Both the position numbers and the translations under genes were made by a program. This document shows, one piece after another, positions 27,733 through 34,481 of a stretch of DNA of 64,000 bases. The first letter of the stretch is position 1. The number at the start of each line of letters is the position of its first letter. Where the stretch lies: the NCBI GenBank assembly GCA_022402565.1, contig JAKRSC010000027.1, forward strand, positions 25,060 through 89,059, read 5' to 3'. The notes beneath the pieces are model-generated. The model was not told the origin of the DNA. It saw only the letters and a program-made list of their open reading frames with translations, and did not search any database. The stretch is from Hydrotalea sp. Its GTDB lineage: Bacteria > Bacteroidota > Bacteroidia > Chitinophagales > Chitinophagaceae.

Positions 27733-28367
27733 ATTTTACTTAAGTATTGAACGAGTTTTTGAATACTGTTTCTCTTGGGACAAGCATCCAGCCAGGAGTT
27801 GATGAGGCGGCTATTCAATTTTTTCAGTTGATCTTGCTCTATTCGCAAATCTTCTAACAGATACTCCTGCACCTGTTGAACACTTCTCAGTTGCAGCCCC
27901 GCAGTGGTGATCACTTTATCTGTCAAACTTTTTTCAGGACTTGCAATGAGTATGTTCTGTTGTTCTGTTAGATGGATGGATTGCACCCCAACAGGATAAT
28001 ATTCCGTTTGAACATGCTTGAATGAAAAATGGCCTATACTTGTTTGAAAGTTTTTGGAAGACCTCATGGTTATACTAGAAACTTCATACACCCTTTCGGG
28101 TATTAAGCCCCAATAATGCAGTGCTGAATCAGTAGAAATATAACTGGGTCCATACAGATGGTTGGCCACCAAAAATGGCTCCGGGGCAGCAATACCGGCT
28201 AAGGCAGTAGGAATGTATAGTCCCCGCCTGATTTGCTTTAAATAGCCTTGCGCTACCATTTCCATGATTTTATCATAGGGTCGATGGTAATCCTTGAGTA
28301 TGCCAAGTAGTACAGACGTGCTCAAAGGCTGTTGGGAATACTGTCTGAGTTGTTGCCGCCAGTCCAT
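27729..28367 (-). CDS. AbiEi-family antitoxin/transcriptional regulator
   Basis: 212 aa. An N-terminal winged-helix-like region (..MVAQGYLKQIRRGLYIP) is followed by a C-terminal AbiEi_4-like domain. Sits immediately upstream of AbiEii and is translationally coupled to it. Confidence 0.7.
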   Translation of the reverse strand: MDWRQQLRQYSQQPLSTSVLLGILKDYHRPYDKIMEMVAQGYLKQIRRGLYIPTALAGIAAPEPFLVANHLYGPSYISTDSALHYWGLIPERVYEVSSITMRSSKNFQTSIGHFSFKHVQTEYYPVGVQSIHLTEQQNILIASPEKSLTDKVITTAGLQLRSVQQVQEYLLEDLRIEQDQLKKLNSRLINSWLDACPKRNSIQKLVQYLSKI

Positions 28368-28386
28368 TTGCCAAATTTAACTATAT

Positions 28387-28407
28387 AATTCGGAAAATTT
28401 CCGAATT
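28387..28407. promoter_or_regulatory. perfect 10-1-10 palindrome AATTCGGAAAATTTCCGAATT; candidate AbiEi operator
   Basis: Lies 20-40 nt upstream of the AbiEi ATG (28367), 8 nt upstream of a -7-like box (minus strand TAAATTTG, 28372-28379). AbiEi proteins are known to autoregulate through inverted repeats in their promoter. Confidence 0.45.
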
Positions 28408-28433
28408 AAAGTGCATTTTTTAGCAATAATTCT

Positions 28434-28644
28434 AGTTTTCGGTCTTTTGTCTTTAGTATTTGGTCTTTGGTGTATGGAACTCCAAACAAAAATTAGACTG
28501 TTTTTTATGTTTGATTACAACAATGTATTCCAAGCCTAGCTGGGCACAGCGGTCCATCGGCATGCTAAGAGACCGCTTGCACTTTAGGCCTTTAGTGATC
28601 CGCCCACAAAATTTTTTGGGGGCGGAAAGCAAAAGAATGTAGGA
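28434..28644. repeat. mosaic repeat copy R5 with internally inverted C/P/B-tail modules
   Basis: Heptamers at 28434-28468. The B head is GGTGTATGGAACTCCAAACAAAAATTAGACTG.... Then comes AGCCTAGCTGGGCACAGCGG...ACCGCTTGCACTTTAGGCCTTTAGTGATCCGCCCACAAAATTTTTTGGGGGCGGAAAGCAAAAGAATGTAGG, which is the reverse complement of the P+C order seen in R1, R4, R7 and R8, with an internal deletion. Confidence 0.85.
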
Positions 28645-28740
28645 AGAAGAAGAAAAGGAATAAGTTGATCATATTATATCCAAGCAGTTACCAAGGAGTC
28701 TTCAAGCAAAAAAGAAAGAAAAACAGGCATTGAAGGATCA

Positions 28741-28860
28741 CGTTCCCACGATGGGAGGCCCCGAATCGCACTTCGAGAGCCTCAGGGACCGTGCGGGGTG
28801 ACGATAAAAAAGAGGGTTTCCCTACGATGAATGTCGGGACTGCAAGCCCGCTTTTGAAGC
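28741..28860 (+). repeat. repeat module F/D fragments
   Basis: CGTTCCCACGATGGGAGG...CTTCGAGAGCCTCAGGGACCG...ACGATGAATGTCGGGACTGCAAGCCCGC. Compare 31811-31866 (CGTTCCCACGACGGGAGATCCCCAACGATGAATGTCGGGACTCAAAGCCCGC). Confidence 0.8.
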
Positions 28861-28896
28861 AAGAATGATACTTAAAAGTAGCAAGTAACCCTTTAT

Positions 28897-31329
28897 CTAC
28901 CTCGTTATTTGCCAAATTAAAAAACCAGTGGTTGTGAGTGTAGATAAGGCTGAAATAAAAATACCAGCTCTAGCGAGATCAAAACCTTTAGATGGTTGCT
29001 TTTGAGGTACCACTACTAATGACCCAGGTAATACTTTGGGATTTTTAGGAATGAACCCAAGAACATACTTTTTGGTTTTGGATTTGCCATTTGCGTAGGT
29101 TACATAAATACTCTTCTTTTTTGCTGTTTCATTTAAACCACCAGCCATTTGAATAAAATATTGAAGCTTGGTGCTTTTTTCAAATACATAGGTACCAGGA
29201 TTATACACTTCACCACTTACAACCACATAATCATTCTTTTTAAGGAAAACCAGCTCATCTCCTTCTTCCAAAATTAAGTCGTTTACAGAGCCTGGTGCTG
29301 CCAATGCTTTTCCTAATTCAACATACAGATCTTTATTAATAGCTAATTGTACTTTTTTAATGAGCGTTCCAGAGGAATCCTTTGACTCAGATTGAGCAAG
29401 TTGTTCAATGGATGTTGAGTCAATTTTTTCTGAAACTCTTCTCTTAATTAGAGCTACTTGCTCGTTAGCTGTATATTTCAATCCACCTGCTCGTTTCAAA
29501 AATGAACTAACCCTTTCTGAACCAGTTTTTAGAACATACGAACCTGGATTTATAACCTCACCAGAAACATTCACAACTTTTGGCTGAGATAAGTAAGGAT
29601 CTTTTCTAACTGTTACCCTGTCATAGGGCTCTAAGAGAAATTCAGAAGATTGTTTTGAAAGTGTACCTTCATTTAATTCAATTACAAACAACTTGCTAAG
29701 CTCACCACCTAGTTGCTGTGTACTGCTATCTCTTACAACCCGGGCAACTTCAATTCTATCTATAACTGCATCATAAACAAACCCATTTGCCAATACCAGC
29801 AGGGCTTCTAAAGTCATTCCTTTTTGAAAGACCATTTGACCAGGCTTTTTTACAGCGCCATCAATTTGTACGGTCATTTCCAAAGCTAAGTCTCGCTTTG
29901 AAGGAACAGTTATTTCATCATCCTTTATTAAAACCCAATTATATAAACTAGGATTCAGCATAATGCTATCATAAGAGAAAGAATAGAACTCCTTATTCTT
30001 CCGATCATCGGACAGTCTAGCTAATTGAATTCTACCTCGAAATGCATCTTCCTTTAATCCTTCCGCTTTTTCTATCAAATCCTTTATATTCATTTTAGGT
30101 TGCAATGAATAAGCTCCGGGTCTATAAACAGCACCAGAAATTTGTACTCGGTTTTCAAAACGGTCTAATACAGATCCTACTGTTATAACATCTCCATCCA
30201 CCAATTCGGTTTTTGATAATGAGTCTGATAATACATCTATCATTTTTTGCTCTTTGCCAGTAATTCTTGTAATGGAAAGCAGGTTTTTAAAAGCCCTTGC
30301 CGAGAATCCACCTGCGTATTCTAGAAGTGTGTTGACTTTCTCATGAGCCAACATTTCAAATTGAGCAGGTTTATTCACTTCACCTTGTAAGGTTACTTGA
30401 ATCTTTGCATAAGGAATACGAATCACATCATCATCATGCAATAACACATTATCACTTACTTGACCATATACCAAGAATTTATACAAATCAGCCTTTAAAA
30501 CCACTTTCCCATTTCTAATGAGTTCTACTTCCCTTAATGAACCATTGGCTAATGGTCCCCCACTTTGATAAAGCGCATTAAATAAGGTTGTTAAACTAGG
30601 AACATTATAAGACCCAGGGGCAACAACCGCTCCTAAAATGGTTATTCTTATTGAACGAATGTTTCCTAGAGATAACATCAGTTTTGACTTGCCATTAGCT
30701 AATCCCGGATAAATTTTTGAGAGGGCTTTAGAAAGTTTAATTTTTGCTTCTTCGATACTTAGTCCATTTAATAAAACTGGGGGAATGTATTTATAACGAA
30801 CCATACCCTCAGAATTGATTAGTAAATTGAATTGAATGTCTGTACTTCCATGAATATCTACTCTGAGCTCATCTTCAGGTCCAAGACGATATTGAGTGGG
30901 CGTGGACATACGTAAATTGGGGGTAAAACTTAACTTATCGTTTGAAAACCATTCCAACCCAAAGATGGATGTCTCTTTAGGCTTTGGATTGGTACTAGTT
31001 AATTCAGTTCTCTGGATTTGACGTGCTTTTTGTTGGGGCAAGCTGGATGGACTTGATGGACTTGATGGCAATGAATTTCTAAGATCATTCACCCTCATCA
31101 TAATTTTCCCCATTTCATCCGATGATAATCCTCTTTTTAAAAGTTCATTTTGAATAAATTCGTCAGAATAACCTTCCGCATTTGCTTTGGCAATTAATTG
31201 CTTCAATTGATCATCACTAATGTTTTCTGATTTAATAGTAGGTAACATAGTGATTACCTCTTGGCATAAACCTTGTTGGAGAAAGGTAGAAACCAAAATC
31301 CCGGCTAGAATAAAAATTCTAAGAAACAT
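28897..31329 (-). CDS. second Wza-like multi-SLBB polysaccharide export protein (paralogue of 20094..22508)
   Basis: 810 aa with the same architecture as the first Wza: signal peptide, N-terminal helical module (SDDQLKQLIAKANAEGYSDEFIQNELLKRGLSSDEM), YRLGPEDELRVDIHG, repeated SLBB units and a C-terminal TM helix. Monocistronic, with repeats on both sides. Confidence 0.8.
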   Translation of the reverse strand: MFLRIFILAGILVSTFLQQGLCQEVITMLPTIKSENISDDQLKQLIAKANAEGYSDEFIQNELLKRGLSSDEMGKIMMRVNDLRNSLPSSPSSPSSLPQQKARQIQRTELTSTNPKPKETSIFGLEWFSNDKLSFTPNLRMSTPTQYRLGPEDELRVDIHGSTDIQFNLLINSEGMVRYKYIPPVLLNGLSIEEAKIKLSKALSKIYPGLANGKSKLMLSLGNIRSIRITILGAVVAPGSYNVPSLTTLFNALYQSGGPLANGSLREVELIRNGKVVLKADLYKFLVYGQVSDNVLLHDDDVIRIPYAKIQVTLQGEVNKPAQFEMLAHEKVNTLLEYAGGFSARAFKNLLSITRITGKEQKMIDVLSDSLSKTELVDGDVITVGSVLDRFENRVQISGAVYRPGAYSLQPKMNIKDLIEKAEGLKEDAFRGRIQLARLSDDRKNKEFYSFSYDSIMLNPSLYNWVLIKDDEITVPSKRDLALEMTVQIDGAVKKPGQMVFQKGMTLEALLVLANGFVYDAVIDRIEVARVVRDSSTQQLGGELSKLFVIELNEGTLSKQSSEFLLEPYDRVTVRKDPYLSQPKVVNVSGEVINPGSYVLKTGSERVSSFLKRAGGLKYTANEQVALIKRRVSEKIDSTSIEQLAQSESKDSSGTLIKKVQLAINKDLYVELGKALAAPGSVNDLILEEGDELVFLKKNDYVVVSGEVYNPGTYVFEKSTKLQYFIQMAGGLNETAKKKSIYVTYANGKSKTKKYVLGFIPKNPKVLPGSLVVVPQKQPSKGFDLARAGIFISALSTLTTTGFLIWQITR

Positions 31330-31368
31330 ACAATAGATGAATTGAAAATGTTATGGGGGGACAAGTGG

Positions 31369-31376
31369 CAAATATA
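31369..31376 (-). promoter_or_regulatory. candidate -7 box TATATTTG upstream of the second Wza gene
   Basis: The octamer is identical to the one at 22639-22646 (minus strand TATATTTGC). It lies about 40 nt upstream of the ATG at 31329. The -33 element is poor (TTTC). Confidence 0.25.
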
Positions 31377-31508
31377 TGAATCCTAGTTGATTCTAACAGA
31401 AATAGTAAACTCATCAAAAAGCCAGGCAATTACTAGTAGACATATATTTTCACTGATAATTAGTGTGATGTTAACCAACCAAGGACGAGAAAAAAATTAC
31501 CAGCGGCT

Positions 31509-32010
31509 GGTCTTTAGTTTTTAGTCTTTAGTCGTTGGCTGTTGGTTTTTGTCCCCTTTTCCGAAGTCATCCCTAACTTGATCAGGGATCTGTTGTTAAT
31601 GAACGCAGTAACCCAGAAGCTAATAATGCTTTTATTGAGTGAAGAGGGTTGGTGGAGTTACGTTTCTACTACAGGAGATCCCGCATTAAATGCAGGATGA
31701 CGTTATGGGGAGGGGCTGGATGACGTTCTTGGAGCGTGCGGAATCTGTTTTTTTGAATGCGGTAACCGAAAGGCCTATTATTCTTATTATGAAAGGGGAT
31801 GGTTTGGTTACGTTCCCACGACGGGAGATCCCCAACGATGAATGTCGGGACTCAAAGCCCGCATTGCCCCTTCGAAGCCTGTCCCGGCCCTTCGAGAACC
31901 TCAGGGACTGGGCATTCGGGAAACCTCAGGTAACTGCTCTCGAACCCCAAATCATAATTCCATACCGGTGGGTGGCCTTCCGGAAACCTGAGGAACCAAT
32001 CATTTCAGCC
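31509..32010 (+). repeat. mosaic repeat region R6 (heptamers + G + 2xE + F + D-type modules)
   Basis: 31509-31550 holds 6 degenerate heptamers. Then come TTTTTGTCCCCTTTTCCGAAGTCATCCCT and the E units (GGGATCTGTTGTTAATGAACGCAGTAACCCAGAAG; GCGGAATCTG..GAATGCGGTAACCGAAAGG). F is at 31811-31866. D-like CCCCTTCGAAGCCTGTCCCGG...CATTCGGGAAACCTCAGG follows. The 116-aa ORF at 31690..32040 lies wholly inside this region. Confidence 0.8.
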
Positions 32011-32023
32011 GGTAGCTGGCCTA

Positions 32024-32311
32024 TTATCTTGTACCAATAGGGGCAACTTGAATTTGTCCGCCCAATGCTTTTAGAACTTTTAGAATTGTAGTAAATTGTG
32101 GTTTAGATCCTTGTGCCAGCGATTTATATAAACTGGGTCTGCTTAAGCCAGTATGTTCAGCAATTTTCGTCATTCCAATAGCTTTTGCAACATGTCCAAT
32201 TGCTGCAATTATTTCATCATTATTGCCCTCTTCCAACACTGTATTTAAATATTCAGCAATCATTTCATTGCTTTCTAAATAATCTGCTATTTCAAATTTT
32301 GAGGTTTCCAT
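32024..32311 (-). CDS. addiction-module antidote protein, HigA family (HTH)
   Basis: 95 aa. YLESNEMIAEYLNTVLEEGNNDEIIAAIGHVAKAIGMTKIAEHTGLSRPSLYKSL..KPQFTTILKVLKALG is the typical layout of this antidote family. Confidence 0.75.
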   Translation of the reverse strand: METSKFEIADYLESNEMIAEYLNTVLEEGNNDEIIAAIGHVAKAIGMTKIAEHTGLSRPSLYKSLAQGSKPQFTTILKVLKALGGQIQVAPIGTR

Positions 32312-32314
32312 TGC

Positions 32315-32618
32315 CTACTTTTTAATCTTGTTCCAAATTTCTTTTGCTTTTTCAATATCCTTTTGCTGGGTAGACTTATCACCTCCAACTAAAAGAATAA
32401 TAATTCTACCATCTGTTTCCTTAAAATAAACTCGATAGCCCTTTGAATAGTTTATCCTCAACTCTTTAATTCCACCACCCACTGGTTTACAATCGCCAAA
32501 ATACTCTTCCTTTTCTAATCGTTGATTGAATTCGAAATAAAATCTTAGCCTTTGCGGTTATGTCATTTAATTTCCTCAGCCATTTATCGAATTCAGTAGT
32601 CCTTTCTATGAGAAACAT
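32315..32618 (-). pseudogene. frameshifted addiction-module killer gene (RelE/ParE superfamily, HigB-like partner of the antidote)
   Basis: The ATG at 32618 gives MFLIERTTEFDKWLRKLNDITAKAKILFRIQ, then a stop 15 codons later. The +1 frame continues QRLEKEEYFGDCKPVGGGIKELRINYSKGYRVYFKETDGRIIILLVGGDKSTQQKDIEKAKEIWNKIKK* with its stop at 32315-32317. The frames are reconciled by removing one copy of a tandem TCAA-TCAA (plus strand TTGATTGA, 32522-32529). Confidence 0.75.
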
Positions 32619-32728
32619 GGCAAATAACGTATTCACTTGGATACAAAATTATGTCAAAAAAGTAATCCAAGAAATTAATTTTAGAGACTTCTACTAACGA
32701 ACATTTGAGAACCACTTTTTTAACCTTT

Positions 32729-33076
32729 GGTTGTTGGTCATTTTTTGGTCTTTTGTCTTTGGTCTTTGGTGTCATGGCATTTGTTATTGGAACTCCAAAT
32801 AAAAGTTAGATTGTTTTTTATGTGTGATTACAAAAACGTTTTGGTATAAGAAGCCTATTGCATTTTTATTGTTCTTTTCCCTACTTTCTTTTGCTTTCCG
32901 CCCCCAAAAAATTTTGGGGTCGGATGGTTCGAATTGCCAAAACATCACTAAAGGCCTACAGTGCAAGCGGTCCCTGAGGCTCTCGAAGGGCCGCGCGTTT
33001 TGGCTGGCCAACGCCACCATCGCTGAGTGCCTGCTGTCCACGTGCTGCTCAGCGAGCCGCTGTGTCCAGCTAGGCT
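32729..33076 (+). repeat. mosaic repeat copy R7 (heptamers + B + P + C)
   Basis: Heptamers at about 32729-32767. Body GGTGTCATGGCATTTGTTATTGGAACTCC.... Palindrome at 32899-32923, with an extra segment (about 20 nt) containing GGTTCGAATTGCCAAAAC. Full module C ends ...GCTCAGCGAGCCGCTGTGTCCAGCTAGGCT. Confidence 0.9.
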
Positions 33077-33177
33077 TGGCCATACGTATTTATTAAAAGT
33101 GGAAAGTAACCATTCAACAGATTTTTTTCTACCATCTCTTTTGCTTGAAGCCCCTTTCAAGTGCAACGTTACATGTG

Positions 33178-33255
33178 GGGACTAAAAGCCCGCATCGCCC
33201 CTTCGGCACCTGTCCCGACTATTCGGGAGGTTCAGGGCAAGCATTCGGGAACCGC
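33178..33255 (-). repeat. module F-tail/D, inverted orientation
   Basis: GGGGACTAAAAGCCCGCATCGCCCCTTCGGCACCTGTCCCGACTATTCGGGAGGTTCAGGGCAAGCATTCGGGAACC is the reverse complement of the D units at 22981-23055. Confidence 0.8.
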
Positions 33256-33276
33256 AGTGACTAGGCAAGAAAATCC

Positions 33277-33520
33277 AAAGACCAACAACTAAAGACCAAC
33301 AACTAAAGACCAAAGACCTACTTCCAACCAAAGACCAACAACTAAAGACCAAAGACCTACTTCCAACCAAAGACCAACAGCTAAAGACCAAAGACCTACT
33401 TCCAACTAAAGACCAACAGCTAAAGACTAAAGACCTACTTCCAACTAAAGACCAACAGCTAAAGACCAAAGACCTACTTCCAACTAAAGACCAACAGCTA
33501 AAGACTAACAAACAAAGACT
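33277..33520 (-). repeat. higher-order tandem repeat: 5 full 39-bp units (plus partial ends) built from AAAGACC-type heptamers
   Basis: Units start at 33291, 33330, 33369, 33408 and 33447. The unit is AAAGACC-AACA(A/G)CT-AAAGAC(C/T)-AAAGACC-TACTTCC-AAC(C/T), i.e. 5x7+4 nt. The period was verified from CCTAC positions 33317, 33356, 33395, 33434 and 33473. 39 nt equals 13 codons, which explains the artefactual 114-aa ORF at 33182..33526. Confidence 0.95.
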
Positions 33521-33533
33521 TATCATTTCCCCC

Positions 33534-33541
33534 TATTTTTG
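33534..33541 (+). promoter_or_regulatory. candidate -7 box TATTTTTG for the GT2-led operon
   Basis: Matches TAnnTTTG, 17 nt upstream of the TTG start at 33558 and 14 nt after the tandem array. The -33 position falls inside the array and has no TTTG. Confidence 0.25.
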
Positions 33542-33557
33542 ATAAAAACCATATCTC

Positions 33558-34454
33558 TTGCTCGTATCCATCATTATTGTACATTATCAATGCTTACCCG
33601 ATTTGGAACAATGCCTTCAATCCATTCAACAGCATGTTCCTCTGTACAATAAAGAGGTATTGGTGGTTGATAATGCCAGCATAGAACCTGAAAAATGGAC
33701 CTCCTTTGCTTCAAAATTTTCGTTTGCTTCTTTTTTTCAGCTTCCTGAAAACATTGGCTTTGGCAGGGCTAATCAGTTTGCTATCGATCGAGCTAAAGGC
33801 CAATATCTTTTTCTCTTGAATCCCGATACAGTGCTGGAATCTGATGTATCTGTTCCTTTTCTTGCATTCATGGAAAACCCTCTTAATGCTGCGGTTGGCT
33901 GCTGTGGAGGCGAATTGTATGCAACATCGGGCAGACCAGTTACTTCTTATGGCAATTTTCCCTCACTTTTTCAAAGCTTTGCTTCACTTGGATTTTATTT
34001 GTTTTTTAAATCGTTTTACTACCGAAAATTATCGCTGGGCTCTGCTAATACTTATACCCAACCTACTCGAGTAGACTATATAGCCGGTGCCGATTGGTTT
34101 GTTAGAAAGGAAGTATTGGTTTCTGTAGGGGGCTTTGACCCAGATTTCTTCCTGTATTTTGAAGAAACAGAACTTGCCTGGAGATTGCAAAAGGCAGGAT
34201 ACCAAAGCTGGATTTTACCTCATGTTCGTATTCGACATGAAGAAGGGGGCGCAAGCGGACATAACCAAGAACGATTCAACGCCTTTGCATATAGGCATTA
34301 CCTGAGAAGCGAACGCCTGTTTTATCAAAAAACGAAAGGGCCTTTATACGGATTCATCGCCATTCCTCTCCATCTCACTTCCATGACGCTTCATTTGCTG
34401 GCAAAAGGGAAGTTGGGTGAATGGATTGCACGACTCAAAGTTTGGTTCTCATAA
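33558..34454 (+). CDS. family 2 glycosyltransferase (GT-A)
   Basis: 298 aa, TTG start. VSIIIVHYQC...VVDNAS...NIGFGRANQ...LLNPD (DxD-equivalent) and a rhamnosyltransferase-like C-terminal half. Confidence 0.8.
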   Translation: MLVSIIIVHYQCLPDLEQCLQSIQQHVPLYNKEVLVVDNASIEPEKWTSFASKFSFASFFQLPENIGFGRANQFAIDRAKGQYLFLLNPDTVLESDVSVPFLAFMENPLNAAVGCCGGELYATSGRPVTSYGNFPSLFQSFASLGFYLFFKSFYYRKLSLGSANTYTQPTRVDYIAGADWFVRKEVLVSVGGFDPDFFLYFEETELAWRLQKAGYQSWILPHVRIRHEEGGASGHNQERFNAFAYRHYLRSERLFYQKTKGPLYGFIAIPLHLTSMTLHLLAKGKLGEWIARLKVWFS

Positions 34455-34481
34455 TATCTAGGAAGGCTGTATTTTGGCAGC

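Noticed and set aside
31690-32040. 116-aa ORF on the plus strand
   Set aside because: It lies entirely within repeat modules E, F and D of region R6. Its sequence is Arg/Pro/Gly-rich low-complexity read-through of GC-rich repeats, with no start context.
33277-33520. Possible CRISPR array (regular ~39-bp periodicity)
   Set aside because: The units are directly adjacent with no unique spacers, there are no cas genes in the window, and the unit is itself made of heptamers. It is a higher-order tandem repeat, not a CRISPR.
33182-33526. 114-aa ORF with the repeating peptide SLVGSRSLVFSCW
   Set aside because: It is the in-frame translation of the 39-bp (13-codon) tandem DNA repeat on the opposite strand. 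The periodicity is a nucleotide-level feature, there is no start context, and the same heptamers elsewhere are read in other frames.
22509-33557. Classical integron
   Set aside because: No intI-like tyrosine recombinase or attI is present. Cassettes are in mixed orientation and some carry their own promoters. The repeats are much longer and more modular than attC sites. The idea is kept only as an analogy in the findings.
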